Counted from the first letter of the whole stretch, positions 1 to 13,479 are shown. The stretch is 63,731 nt of DNA, filler included, from Reticulomyxa filosa (GCA_000512085.1; 24 parts of 24 records of this genome joined end to end with filler, not necessarily neighbours in it), one strand, 5' to 3'. The notes: generated from the sequence alone by a model not told the origin. Made by a program: numbers and translations.

Positions 1-269
1 AAAAAAAAAAAAAAACAAATAAAAAAAAACAAACAATAAACACGCACACCGCCCACAATTGAGCGTTATAAATGCTGTGTTTATTCGTTTACGTCACATG
101 CAACAAAAAGCACATGATTTGGAAACGGACGCAGAAGTCAAAAAAAGAGTCAAGCAATTGAAAATCGTTGGTATGTAACCAATTTTCACATATACCATTG
201 TGGTTGACAGCCTCAATTGTACTGCCAATTCAAAATCAACATGTCTTCTGTGAATAGAACTTGTCACGA

Positions 270-1687
270 CTTAGTCTTGTGTATCCAACTTGTTTGAAGG
301 CGGAGATAATCCTTCACAGGTCCCGTTGACATTATGAATTGTCAATACTCGGTCTTCTCGCAGCGCTACATCCCTGCAAAAAAAAAAAAAAAAAAGCATA
401 ACACATTAATTGTGGTCACAATAAAGCCTTTTGTTTTTTGTCAAATGTAATACGAAACTGCTCTTTTTTTTCATTGCTTGGTATGACGAGCAACCGTTTT
501 TTATGAATACTTGAAAGGGTTGTTTTTACCAACGACGCATAACTCTTTGCAGAACCATTGCTATTTGGCTGGTAATGATCAAAAGGATTGGTCGAGGTTC
601 GTTCAGTGGGGATCATTGGTTTTTTTTGCCATGAATTTTTGCGAATTTCCATCACTTGGGTCAACATGTTTTGAATTCTGGTTTCGCCCTGGGGTTGCAT
701 TTGGCACTTTACGTTCATACGATCAAAATACACTTGAATCTGCGCGTTTTGAGTCAAATCAAGTCTGTGTCCATATCTCATGAGGATCTCACATACCATG
801 GTCCATGACCACTCTTCGTCTTTATCCATCAACGACAGCATAAACAAGTGAATACGGTCAAATTCCAGGCATTGGCGCAAATGCAGTTCCATCATGAAAG
901 ACATATTTGAAATCATATCCTTCAGCCAGCTTGCAGGTGATTTACTTTTTTGGCTCGAATAAATAGCAAACCCCAAAGAAATTTGCACACACAAAGTTAC
1001 CAGACTAATGTTCCTTTTTTCCACGACAACCCCATTTTGTGAACTCTGGGTTTCGTTTCCAACCGCTTCCAAAGACAACTCATCCAAAGTCAAGTTCAAA
1101 TTGGCATTTAAAGTATCGGATTGTCCGCATTGATGTTTCATGTCTGCAACCGTTTGGTTAAAAAAATTCTGAAATTCTTTATCACTTGCCTCAAAACTGA
1201 ACGAGGGCCAGTTGTTTGAGAGTTGAACTAAAAACTCACAACACAGTCGCAAGTTACACTTTTTACCAATTACACTACGATGTGCTTTGTGTGCTGCTCG
1301 ATAAAGTGTGTGCGGATGGTAAATAGGCGCAACAGAACACTCGGTGACAAAACACTTTACATTTTTCCAAGTCAATTTGTCCAAGTGAACACAAATTTGT
1401 TTGACCGGGTCGTACGCATTTGTTGTCGATGTTGTGTTCGCTGCCGCCCCCTTATCTGCTGTTCGGAACACTTCATTTCCTTTCAGATTCGATTTCAGAC
1501 TACCTCCGGCTGTTCCTGGTAACATTTCTGCTGGGGTTACGAGGCTATTCATCTCGGCCAAAGGGGTTGGCAAATTGGACGCCCCACATTGCAGGAATGG
1601 TAGCTGCGACATCAACTGAGCAAACGCATTTTGGCTTTGTTCTTTCGAATCACCCACATTTTTCGTCATTAGTCCTTTTGGCACCAT
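270..1687 (-). CDS. MIF4G-domain (eIF4G-like) protein, 5' partial, with a probable last intron at about 368-510
   Basis: LDKLTWKN at the domain start; CEILMRYGHRLD...YFDRM...RIQNMLTQVMEIRKNSW matches the MIF4G C-terminal pattern. A poly-T/CAG acceptor near 368 leads to a short last exon. Confidence 0.7.
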
Positions 1688-1755
1688 CGATTGTGGATCT
1701 ACTCCACACGTTCCTAACTATTTTTTATTTTTATTTTTATTTATATTTATATATA

Positions 1756-1855
1756 NNNNNNNNNNNNNNNNNNNNNNNNNNNNNNNNNNNNNNNNNNNNT
1801 TAATTAATTAANNNNNNNNNNNNNNNNNNNNNNNNNNNNNNNNNNNNNNNNNNNN
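1756..1855. other. Artificial contig linker (N44-TTAATTAATTAA-N44). First of 23; others start at about 3880, 6884, 11572, 13014, 14616, 19280, 22136, 23680, 25915, 27314, 28512, 32343, 35152, 37788, 46378, 47928, 50275, 51439, 55811, 57603, 60093, 61789
   Basis: Identical 100-nt N-flanked spacer with stops in all six frames, repeated throughout. Confidence 0.98.
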
Positions 1856-2285
1856 TGTGAAGGTATTGATAATCCAAGACATACAATGCCACGATATTTA
1901 CTATCTAACCTGATGGAAACTCAATCATTTGAAAAGATTGTATTGCATTCATTGACAAGAATTGCTTCCAGATATCAATGTATTGTCCCTGTCGATGAAA
2001 CAATTCATTATTGGTGATCGATTGTGGAAACCAGATGTCCGGATTAAAGTTATGAAAGCAGCAGCCAAGTTCGTAGTCAATACCAAGAGAAGGATTTGAA
2101 TAATTGTCAAGTTTCTCAAGAAATCTCAATTTAAATTGAAAGAAATAGAACACAGTACTCAAAAAAGAAACACAAAAATAATATAAAGACACACAAAATC
2201 TTACAACGACCAAAAAGGTCAATGCAAAAAATAATCAAAAGAAAAACAATAAAGTTATTAGAACGAGGTGCTCTTTTAACTAGAA
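1856..2285 (+). mobile_element. Decayed 3' end of a non-LTR retrotransposon, related to the element at 2383-3879
   Basis: Translates as PRYL.SNLMETQSFEKIVLH, similar to KRYLRNLIEAQPFEKIVLH at about 3410-3465. Pieces recur at 26371-26600. Confidence 0.7.
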
Positions 2286-2382
2286 AGACCTGAGTTTGTA
2301 CAGGTAGAGAGGGCAAAAAGCAGTGCGAGTTGAGGATGAAGCGAGAGAATAGTCCAACACTTGACAGCCCCTAAAAAAAAAT

Positions 2383-3879
2383 TCACACATCGTTCGACAA
2401 GAATGGAGTATCGTACGCAGTGCTGCTTGACATCTCATCCGCGTATGATGTGTGGAGAGATGGACTGAGATACAATATGAGACATGAATTTAATTTGAAA
2501 GGAAGAATGTATTGGCGATTGGACAGTTTCCTCAAAGACAGAACTGGACAAGTTGTGTTGAATGGAATCAGCTTCAGCATGAAACAGTTCGGAACAGGAG
2601 TGCCACAAGAATCTTTGTTATTCCTGCTGTACATCAATGACATTACACAAGCAGTCTAGAGTCCAATCCAGTGTGGATGTTCGCAGATGATGTTGCGCTG
2701 TGGATATCAATTTACACAAGTGATAAAAAAGAAATGGAATTACAATTGGATCAATTTCAATTTCACCTTTGGGTATTTCTTCTTGTTCATCTTGAATGTG
2801 ATCGACTGGGTCTTATCTGGGCCAACAGCATCTTCCATTTTGATGCTGATACATTATCCAAACTCAATTGCAACGAATGGAAATAACATTGAAGAAGCAG
2901 ATAATGTCAAGTATTTGTGATTGATCATTGATTCCAGATGACATTTCAGCATCAAATCAACTACGTGTATGGAAAAGCAGCAAGGAAATTGGGATATTTG
3001 ACATTCCTGTGTTCGTACAAAGGAATCAGGGCCGAGTTTAAGTGTTTACAATCTATTGTACAAGACAATAATCAGACCATCATTGGAATATGCGTGTGCA
3101 TTCTGGAATGGTGATTGTCAGAACAAGGATGAAAGAGTCGTTATTTTTTCTGATTGTAAATCTGTTGTAAACTCAGTTCTCAACAAGTGCAATTCAGAGA
3201 CTTATAATTTCCAGATGGAATAAACGAGCAGATGCAGTGGTGAAGAAAGCAAGATTCAAAGCTGAGATGGATCAACCTGATCTCTATCGAAGACCAGATA
3301 AAAGCGCGTCGTTATTAAATTTCCATAGACTGAACACATTCTTCGTGGAAGAATGGAACAGACATTTGACGAATGAAGGAAATGAACTGCAGCCGCACAA
3401 GCACACGAAACGATATTTACGCAATCTGATTGAAGCCCAGCCATTTGAAAAGATCGTGCTCCACAAGTTGGAAGTACACAAACGCAGATTTGTGTGCAGA
3501 GTGATTACAGGCAAAGTGGAATTGAATGGATTCCTGTTCAAGATTAAACGGTCACAGACACCAGATTGCAAATGGTGTGGAGATGAAGAAGAAGAAACTG
3601 TGGAGCATTTCCTAATGGAATGTCCACATTATGAAGGACTTAGGAATGTATGGTGAGCAGCAATCAAGATATTGTTGCCGCATTTCGAATTCAAGAGATC
3701 GAACCTGAAAAGTTTGGTGGTTGATGACAAGACATGGGAACCTAAGACAAGAATAAAAGTCGTCTTTTTTTTTATAGCAAGAATGAGATCATATCCAAGT
3801 TAAAATGAGCACCTCGTCCCAAAAGGAACACACTGCTCTAATGAAAACAAACAAAAAATGGAAAAGATCAACAAAACAT
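2383..3879 (+). mobile_element. Degenerate non-LTR (LINE) retrotransposon: RT, RNase H remnant and C-terminal CCHC (I/Ingi/Tad1-like layout)
   Basis: LLDISSAYD, GVPQ..LLFLLYIND, FADD, VKYL, LYKTIIRPSLEYACAFW, VIFSDCKS (RNase H), CKWC...ETVEHFLMEC. Broken by stops, frameshifts, deletions and an inversion. Confidence 0.92.
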
Positions 3880-3979
3880 NNNNNNNNNNNNNNNNNNNNN
3901 NNNNNNNNNNNNNNNNNNNNNNNTTAATTAATTAANNNNNNNNNNNNNNNNNNNNNNNNNNNNNNNNNNNNNNNNNNNN

Positions 3980-4232
3980 AAAAGTAAAGAAGCGATTTGC
4001 AGTGACGACAGACAATATGTCATATCTTCACACCAACATGAAGATTCAACATGATCAATTTTCGACTTGGAATATCCAACAAGCTGTCGACAACATACCT
4101 CAAGTGCAATGGCATGCATCTACGCCATTCCACTGCAAATGGTACCCCGGCTACTTTGCCACCAATGTCAAAGGACGGCCCTTTGGGGTGTGTTCTTCCA
4201 ACATCCACATGCTCAAAAGAGCTCTCCAATAA
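3980..4232 (+). CDS. 3' end of an unidentified protein gene
   Basis: Open frame from the contig start with coding-like composition, followed by an AT-rich UTR. Confidence 0.4.
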
Positions 4233-4626
4233 TTTTTTGGTTTCAAAAACATTTCAATAAAACAGGAGAGAAAAAAGAGCCTAGCCTTATGTTACAAAAA
4301 AAAAAGGGGTTTTGCAAGTGATTTTTATATAACTTTAATAAAAAAGAAGTTGAACTTTTTTTTATTTTGTCGAGCACACAAGTAATAATTGCATTAAAAA
4401 AATAGCAAAATTGGGTATTTTGATAAAACAACACTAAATCAATCAAACAAAACAATTAAATATCGCATTCAATGCACATTTGAACGAGAGAAGGTTATAA
4501 CACAAAGGAACCAAGGAGAGAGATTTTCGAAACATTGAGAATATATTGAAGTAAAACTTGTTTCAAAAAAAATAATTTTTATTTACTTGTTTGTTTGATT
4601 TGGTGTGAGCGAGCCAAGGTTTCAGT

Positions 4627-5317
4627 TTATTGATCAACACTAATCATCTGCACACCACCAGTAGTTCTGAATCTTTGTTCTCTTTGGGCTTGCATGGCCT
4701 CCACAGACAGTGGGACGATCTTTTCGGCTTGATGAAGGCGCTGTCTTTTGAGTTTTTCTTGAATCAGTTGATATTTTTTAATTTTGTCCTTCGTATCTAC
4801 ACTCGTTTTTTTTTCTTGGTCATCACGTCCTAACCCTGCACAAGCATCTGCTTCTCTTTGAGTGTATTTCGGCTGGGCTACTTTTTTCAACCTTTTTTTT
4901 TTTTTGGAAATGGGGGGGGGAGACAAAAAAGAAAAGTTCGCAAATTTTCTTTTTTTTTTTTTAAAAAAAAAAAGGTAATAACGTGCATTTTTCTGTGTTT
5001 CTTGCTTTGTTTATGTACTTGTAGCGTCTCCTCGGTGATGAAGTACCGACCACACATTAGACACTTAAATTGACCCATCCCAGGCTTGTCGACGTCGGGT
5101 AGCTCTGGTTTATTTGTACTTGCTTGAATACTTTCAATTTCGTCTTGTATCTTTTTTTTTGTTGTTGTCCTCGAGGAGTGCTTTTTGACCTTGTGTTGTG
5201 ACTTAATACCTGATCAACATCTTTGGTTTTTTCATATCTTCTCTTGGTTCGGCGCCAACGCTTTTCAAAAGTACGCTTTCTTTTTGTTCCACCACCACCA
5301 CCAGCGCGTGGGCCCAT
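4627..5317 (-). CDS. BUD20: Zinc-finger ribosome biogenesis factor ZNF593/Bud20, 3 exons
   Basis: TKDVDQ|IQDEI...PDVDKPGMGQFKCLMCGRYF...HKQSKKHRK...RLKKVAQPKYTQREADACAGLG, with GT-AG introns. Confidence 0.9.
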
Positions 5318-6183
5318 AATTCAACTGTAAGATTTTCTAAAAGAATTTTTTCCTTAGGAGAAACTCCTTCTTGGTTTTGGTTATACAAAAAAAGCAGCGT
5401 TGATAACGCAAAGCAAGCCAAATATAAATTTATATGATATTTGTTGCAACAAATAGCAATCGGTTAGCTCTTTTGCTTTTGAAGTTATTGTAAACAATAC
5501 ATAATTGATGCTAAAATCGAATTTGAATTTTCGGAAAAATAGATAATCTTCATCAGATAGTATTTTAGGTGTTTAGTTTTTTCTGCAACATATTGTGTGT
5601 CCTTGTTCTACATGTCAATAAATCACTTACACACATAGTGATACTTAGAGTACTTTTCATATATCTGTATACAATTGGCTTAACTTTAAGAGAAAAATCA
5701 GTAAATTTTATTGTATTATTTGTAACTTAGATATGTGGTAATAGCTAGCACTTTCCAAAGTTTAGACAGTTTACATGTATTTTATACTTGTCGAATCACT
5801 CAATAATTTAAAAATTTTAATATAAAATAAGACTTTACTTTTTTGTTTCAAATAATAAAAATTCACTTAATGTTTAATGTATATAGTCAATGTATTAGAC
5901 GTACTTTCGCTTTGTATGGTAAAAATTGTATTAACATTCAAGTTTTCTGTTACACTTTTAAGTCGTTAAAGGAAGGGGCAGCACTGAAAAGAAGGTACAA
6001 AGATGAAAAAACAATTCAGGCGAATTAATATCATTTGCCCCTGTAATTCTAGGAAATGCTTTGTAAAGATATTTCAGCACGAGTAAGATGTGTGTTTTTA
6101 TATGTTTTTTCTTCTCTGCATTTGAAAGGAGTCTTCTTGACGAGTGAAACGAGCCAGGAGGCAACACATCAAAAAAAAAAATT

Positions 6184-6883
6184 ATGAAGAAAGCGACGAT
6201 CCAATTGAGAATCGATGAAGTAATGGCTGTAATAAATTGTTGGTCCCGATTATTGAAATTGGGCCCAGTGGCGCCAAACGACGTGGTGCAATTGGTATTT
6301 AAATACTTCCCAGGTTCGGCATATCGTATTGCAAAAAAAAAAAAAAAAAAAGTGTGAGGAATGTGCAAAAAAAAAAAAAAAAAACTAAAAAATAAAAAAA
6401 GAAAAATTTTATTTTCATCCAAACCCACATCCGGTGGTCACGATAACGGGGCCAGCAAAGAGGACAGTTACAACCTCAACTCCAACTCCGACACCAGCGA
6501 CACCAACAACGCCGACAACACCAAGAGCAAGGAGTGTGTTAGGAGTGAGAGAAAAAGAAGAATCAAAAAGTTGGGACGTGCAATGCCTAAATAAGGATGA
6601 GCGAGTTGGCGTGGTGTTGTTTGGAGACAGTTTTGTGGTGCCAAGTCAAGGCGTATTCCATTGCAAAGTGCGACTATCGCACTTGTCAGAGATGGGCGGC
6701 TATGTCGGCATCGCTCTCGTGCCTTCGCATTACAACGTGTTGGGTCCCGTCCCGCCAAAGTTGGGACACAATTGCTTTGTATTTTATAGCTATGGACGTT
6801 ATTACGATTTCCATGGGAACAGAAGCTCTTTGCATCAGGCCTTTTCCTGGGATGACATTGGTTTAGATACATATTATATACAT
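6184..6883 (+). CDS. Protein with a short helical N-terminal box and a SPRY/B30.2-like domain, 3' partial, intron-containing
   Basis: Exon 1 reads MKKATIQLRIDEVMAVINCWSRLLKLGPVAPNDVVQLVFKYFP. Later GVFHCKVRL...GYVGIALV...FYSYGRYY resembles SPRY beta-strands. Confidence 0.5.
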
Positions 6884-6983
6884 NNNNNNNNNNNNNNNNN
6901 NNNNNNNNNNNNNNNNNNNNNNNNNNNTTAATTAATTAANNNNNNNNNNNNNNNNNNNNNNNNNNNNNNNNNNNNNNNNNNNN

Positions 6984-7018
<35 letters not shown>

Positions 7019-7019
7019 A

Positions 7020-7528
7020 AAGGATAATGAAGGCAAATGCAGTGGAAGCACAGTGTTCGCATTGGGCACCCATCACTCTCGACAACAAGTATCAATCTTT
7101 GCCGATAAAACTTCAAATGCAAATTCTTCGCCGTATCAACTTATTCAACCTGTACTGCAAAGTGGGGATGTCATTTGCTTCTTTGGCAATCTAATGCATT
7201 TTGGGGGACCCCATTTTTATAACTATCCTGACAGCACGTGTGTTTTTGTTCTTTTCTTTACATTTAAGCTTTGCAGTATGATATATACATGTATACACAT
7301 TATTTTTTTTTTAAAAAAAAAAGGGGGAAAAATTATCGAGTAGTCTTGTACGGAGTTCTTCACTTGCTAAACAAAGATGACCCCCCTGATACATATTTGA
7401 CGGAAGATCAAAACATTAACTCAATGCAAAAGCTAGATGCCTTTGATTTGAGGGGAAAAGAAATCACTTTGAACAAAAAAGGCAATTGCGTCGTGACACA
7501 AAGAAAATCAACTGCTAAAAAAACGTAG
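7020..7528 (+). CDS. C-terminal part of a 2OG-Fe(II) dioxygenase (PhyH-like)
   Basis: LQSGDVICFFGNLMHFGGPH is the typical GD-hydrophobic-H distal motif. Intron before RVVLYGVL. Confidence 0.55.
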
Positions 7529-8092
7529 GAATTTACACGTGTGTTGTGATCATATCGTTTGTGTGATGCGTGCATTAGGACACAACAAAACAATACTAAA
7601 AATCAATCAACACAATATATTTGTGAATTAAAGTTGTGTGCGACGAGGATCTTGTTTTTTGTTTTGTTTTTTTTTTTAAAAAGAAAGATATTATAATTTG
7701 GAAATGTGTCTCACTTGGAAAAAGTTCAGAGGAAAAAAAATCACTCCCCAAATAGAATATTGATCGCTTAATTAATACAAATCGCCGATCGTCATATGAC
7801 ACTTTTTTTTTTTTTTTGGAAGTTGAATACATAAAATTAGATAGATCTATTATATTGTAATTCTAAACCACAAGAAAAATATTTTCTAAAACATCAAAAG
7901 GATTTACATAGTGACAAAGAACTCAACAAGTTTTAAGATTACGTAGCACAGCCAAAAAATGCAATTTGTAAGCAAAGAAGGAAACAAGAGGATTGCAAAA
8001 AAAAATAAAAAATAAAAAAAAAAGTGTGTCTCTCTTCTTTTATTTTGAAAAGACAAATTTGGAGTCTAAAAACCGAGTATTTTCAGGTGTAA

Positions 8093-9236
8093 CTAAAAAA
8101 GAGTCATTTTCAAGAAGGGGCCATTGTTGCTTTTGTATAAACTGCCATTGTTTGTACCCAAATTCACTTTCGTCAAAGCGCCTCGAAAGTGGATTTGTGC
8201 GTGTGCTCGAAAGAAAGTGCTTGACGTTGGTTGCGAAATCGACACAGTGCTACTCAAAGAATGTGCAAGAGCATCACGGTTATGAATATTCAAGAAACGT
8301 GACAAAATGTCTGTGTACTTCACAGGTCTTTGAACCAAGTCGTTAAAATCGAGTAAAATCCAAAAATCAGAGCCAATTTGTGACAATTGATCTTGCAGCT
8401 CAGACAGCATGTACGGCAGCATACGTGATCGATCCAAACATTTTCCAAAGCGACGACAAGCACTTATCAGCGCGTCGCTCCATCGCCTTTTCATCACGAT
8501 TACTTTTAGATCAAATATGTATGGTAAATTGGTTTCATTTTGTGCAAATTGTACTAGCTGTCTTAAATCCGGAATTGCGTCCATGTGGACTTCTCCAGAT
8601 GGATAGCTATAGCTTCGCATATATAATAATGATCCATTGGCTAACGTAACACTTGCCTTTTGAAGTTCTTGTGCCATACATACACAGTGTTCATATCCTT
8701 CTTCACCCATCTCTTTCCAAAAGCAGCTATATATGTACATATATATATAGTGTACACATGTATATTGAGTTGGTATCTGTACATAAAAATACGTATATGA
8801 GTGTAACCAATAACATTAAAAGAACATTTATTTGAAAGACTCTCTCCTTTTAAATATTTTTCTTCACACTTTCGAAAACATGTCGGCAATGGATGATTAT
8901 CGTAATATTCCATGTGTATCGAGTTGTCAGTTGTGGACAACTTTTGAAAGAGTGAGTAAAATAAATGATGTCCTGTCCCTTCAACGCCGGCGATAAATAA
9001 CATTGTTAGTTTTTTTTTTTGTTTTGTAATAGTGCGTAGTTTTTCGTTTTAATATTCTGATTTGTTGCGTTCGCCTTTGATTTTCTTTTGGATAAGAACG
9101 TATTATTGCCACTTGATTGTGAAAATAAATTTGAGGTCGTCCACACCCCAATACAAAATACTAGTAGCATGAACAAGCAAATACGTTTTCGTGTAAGCCC
9201 AGTGCCAGAAAGTCTGAAAATTTCGTTTACCTGCAT
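8093..9236 (-). CDS. Type II membrane sulfotransferase-like protein with introns
   Basis: N-terminal TM anchor (ICLFMLLVFCIGVW), LFIAGVEGTGHHLF (PAPS-binding-loop-like), KVIVMKRRWSDALIS, LDFNDLVQRP. Confidence 0.6.
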
Positions 9237-10801
9237 TTATTTAAGATCAAGATTAGTACAGACCTCAGGCCCTTCTTTTTTAACTTTGTTCGGCAATCCT
9301 TTCCTTGATTTTTGATACATCTTGAAATGGATATTTTACTTGTTTTTGTGATGTCAGTTGCCAGGATGGAATATTCTTTGAGATAATCTCAAATCATGCG
9401 GCTCTAAAAAGAAGTAGAATACGTAGATTAGTGAACAAATACTTGTATTGACTTTTATATACATATATGTGATACATTATGTTGTAGAAAAAACTAACTT
9501 ACGGAAATCCACCTTATGAATAAGTCTATTTTCTCAATGAAAAATAAACATTTAAAACTAATTTTTAAAAATATGTACAAATTTGTAGTTTTTACATTTT
9601 TTTAAGGTGTTTGATTTGTTCATTTTTTTTGTCTTTAAGATTTTTGACTTTCATTTTAAAATTTAACTTTTCGAAATGGTTTAATTGCATTGACTAAGAA
9701 GAAAAAGCTAAATCTGGAAGGTTGTTTATAAATTCGACTCTAGCATTAATATGACTGATGCAAACGTGTAGCAATAGATGTTGTAAAAATGTTATCTTTT
9801 CAGATTGAACAAAGATTAACTTGTGCAGTAGTTATTAAATTAAATAAGTTTGAAAATGACCAAACAAAAACTTAGAATATAATGTCATAATTAAAAATCA
9901 TGTTTTGTAAGCGCAGTATAATGATCTAAACTTGCTTTGATTCAAAAGGTGGATGCAAGACAAATTGGAATCGCTTATTATTTAGATTATAAAAATGATA
10001 GTTGATACAACAAAGTCAATATTGTTACAAAACTCAATACAAAAAAAAATTTAAAAAGTTAAATTTAATTGTTGAATTTTTTCAAAAACTACTAGATAAA
10101 CAATGATAATTTTTTAAAAAAGTACATACGTTAACTGAATATTTCTAAAAAAGAGATTTAAAAGTTTCATTGTAACAATACAAGTTTTATTTGTGTGCAC
10201 TCATGCAAAATTTTCAAAAATAATGAAAAAATGATATTTTTTACATCCTAAAAAAAGTTATTATAAACCAATTTCATATTTAAAAACTACAATATTTGTA
10301 TATGATTTTGATTTAATAGTTGTTTTTGTTTATGGTACTATATCCTATTTCATGATAAAATAATCAAACTTTTCTAATCGATCAAAAAAGTTATTGAAAT
10401 TAACTTTTCAAGTGAAAAAGAGCAGATACAAAGATACTAAAAAAATAGGATTGCACCATTGAATATCCATCGAAAGTGAAAAATAAAAACTATATACGGT
10501 GCATTGATTTGATTTATCACCTCGATCAAGTGATTTTTAGTACAAGGAAAAAAAGCGTAGATATCAAAGCAGAGTCTTCTTTGTGAACCCGATTCTGTCC
10601 CTACAAAAAAAAAATTGGATGCGTTTTTTGGAGGGGAAAAAAAAAGGGCTGGTGATGTCGTTCTAGGTCAGGGCTGAGCAGTCCCGGAAAATTTTATTTG
10701 TAAAATCGATCAAACAAAATGTTTGTTTCACAAACAAAATCTCACAGTCACACACCACTCTTCAATCTTTTTGTAATGAATGAACAAGCAAATGAAATGG
10801 A

Positions 10802-11450
10802 TCAAAATACGCCATCCATAACATTAGGAGCATTTTCAAGGTCAATTTCTTCTTTTTCGTCGACTTCGTGTTGTTTTGCGTCTGCTTGGGGCTGGTCTCC
10901 CGCGTCAGCTCCCATGTCAGGTCCAATTTCATCACCACCTCCCAAGTCTGGAATTTTGTGTTGTTTTTGGATAATGTAGTCTTCCAATCGGGAAATTTGG
11001 TCTGTCGCCCAAGCCTCCAATCGTACAATGTTGTCGTATTGAGCCACTGCAGTTTTGTACTTTTCTAACTCGCAAGCAGGAATGGCATCGACCAATACCT
11101 TTGGCACAAGTAACAATACAATACAATACAAAAAAAAAAAAAAGCACACGTGTTATTACACACAATATTTCCTCAAAAGATTCAACATTTTTGCAAAGTC
11201 ACAACTCAACAGCGCATAATTGGTATTCTCGTGACTGGGCAAACAGGTCATTCATGTCTCGGTACTTTTCCAACGTGGAAGGCAATGCATTCCAAACTTT
11301 GGTGTCGTCACGGTCGGCGGCGTTATTCAATTGGCACAACATCGCCTTGAACAACAGCGTTTTCACGTTCCAACGCAGCAAATTGTTGTCCGCATTGTAC
11401 TTGGCTGATTTCTCAAACAGTTGGATGGCGCGCTCATATTTTTTTGATTT
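10802..11450 (-). CDS. NAPA: Alpha-SNAP (Sec17/NAPA) homolog, C-terminal part, intron at about 11100-11205
   Basis: AIQLFEKSAKYNADNNLLRWNVKTLLFKAMLCQL...KYRDMNDLFAQSREYQL...LVDAI...YKTAVAQYDNIVRLEAW follows the alpha-SNAP C-terminal pattern. Confidence 0.85.
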
Positions 11451-11793
11451 TTGCGTTCATATGAGCAATTATTAGTATCCTCTTGTTCGCTGATCTGTTT
11501 TTATTTGAGTTTTGTCAATTTATTTCCTTCGATTTCTTGCTGTCCCTTTTGTCATTGAGCTTCCTTTTTTTNNNNNNNNNNNNNNNNNNNNNNNNNNNNN
11601 NNNNNNNNNNNNNNNTTAATTAATTAANNNNNNNNNNNNNNNNNNNNNNNNNNNNNNNNNNNNNNNNNNNNTTTTTCCATTTCACATACCAATCCTATGA
11701 AAATTAATGAATAAAAAATTTTATATGCTCACTCAAATGTCAATGACATATAATCAATAATTGAATAAATAATTTTAAAAAAAAAAAAAAAAA

Positions 11794-13013
11794 ATGGACG
11801 ATAATATTATGAGTACAGGCGCAATGACACAAGCACAACTCACTCGACAAGCGTCGGAGGAGGCAAAGAACCGATCAAAATCACAGGCTACGGGCGCGGA
11901 GATTGGACGCGCGCAGACGGAGAGAAGGGGGTCGAGGTCGTCGAAAGAAAATCTATTGGCTGGCATCACCCCAGCTCAGTCGGGGACACAGCCCGCCAAT
12001 AATGACATAGCCTCCAGTCCACCTCCGAAAAAAACAGAAAAGGAAATCAAGCTCCCTGCCAATGAATTGACGGAAAAGGACTTTTTCAAAAAATATTGGA
12101 TCGAAGCTGGCAAAATTGGACAGTTGCGTTTTTTTTTTTTTTTTTTTTTTGAAAACTATATAAAAAATAAAATAATAATAATAATAATAATAAAATGAAC
12201 AACGTATCTTTTTTTAATATGGCAGGGGGGCATTTTCAAAAATTCGGAAAATCTCACGAAAGTCGGACAAGAAAGTATTTGCGTTGAAAATGATCGAAAA
12301 AAAAGGAAAGTCCAAATCAGACATTCAAGCTTTGCAAAAGGAAATTTACGTGTTGCAACGGGTATAAACAATATTTATTTATTTATATTATTCAATTTCT
12401 ATTTCTAATTTAATGTAAGGGGAATGTCACATAATTTCTGTGTGTGTGTGTGTGTGTGTGTCCTCCCTACCCCACCTCTTTCCTTCCTTTTCTATTATAC
12501 CAATCTCTTCAGTGCAACCATCCACATATTGTGCAACTGTTGGATTGGTGTGACACAAAAAAACGCATTTATATGGTGGTCGAATTTTGCGATGGCGGGG
12601 ACGTGTTTGAGCGCGTCGTCAACTTGAAAAAATTTAGTGAGGCCGACGCTACTCGTGTCATTCAACAAGTAGCAAGTGGCTTGAAGCATTTGCATGAACA
12701 AGGATTTGTCCATCGCGATTTGAAGCCGGACAATGTCATGTACTTGACCAAAGCGCAAGACAGCTCCATCAAAATCATCGACTTTGGCTTGTCTGGCGAC
12801 TGCAGCGACGGACCTTGTACCACTCCTTGCGGAACTGCACATTATGCCGCCCCCGAAGTCTTGGGAAATCAGCCTTATGGAGTTCAATCTGACATTTGGT
12901 CATTGGGAGTCATTACTTATACCTTGTTAGCACTTTTTTTTTTTGTTTTCTTTTTTTAAGTTGTTTATCTCGATTATTTAATTCACATAATCTATTCATA
13001 TATTTATATATAT
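11794..13013 (+). CDS. CAMK-group Ser/Thr protein kinase, 3' partial, with introns
   Basis: HPHIVQL, HRDLKPDN, IKIIDFG, GTAHYAAPE, SDIWSLGVI. Confidence 0.93.
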
Positions 13014-13479
13014 NNNNNNNNNNNNNNNNNNNNNNNNNNNNNNNNNNNNNNNNNNNNTTAATTAATTAANNNNNNNNNNNNNNNNNNNNNNNNNNNNNNN
13101 NNNNNNNNNNNNNTTTATTTATGAATAATGTCACGTATTATTCACTTTCGAAACAAATAAAAAATTAATATCCTCGATTTGATTGTGCCAATGTCAAGAG
13201 AGATCACAATAGAAAAGCGTATTTGTTTGAGTCGTGATTACAGCACCTTTTTTTTGAATGATGTTGTTATTGTGGGCTTCTTGGGTTTACACTGACTCTA
13301 TTCTTTCTTTTTCGGTAGCTGTTACATTTTTGCAGAGAAATACATTGGCGAAGGAACTCTCCATGTTGTATAGGTTTGGCTTGTTAGGCTGTTTAAAGAA
13401 AGAAGAACCAAAACCATATTCGTAATGTCCAAAGAGTTTTTTCTAAAAAAGGGAAAACTTTTTCTCTTCCAGAGAAAAA

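Noticed and set aside
2262-3820. Terminal inverted repeats enclosing the RT, as in a DIRS-like or TIR element
   Set aside because: The ~20-bp inverted match is part of a longer block also found at 26264-26352, and the RT is LINE-type. It is better explained as a rearranged 3' module.
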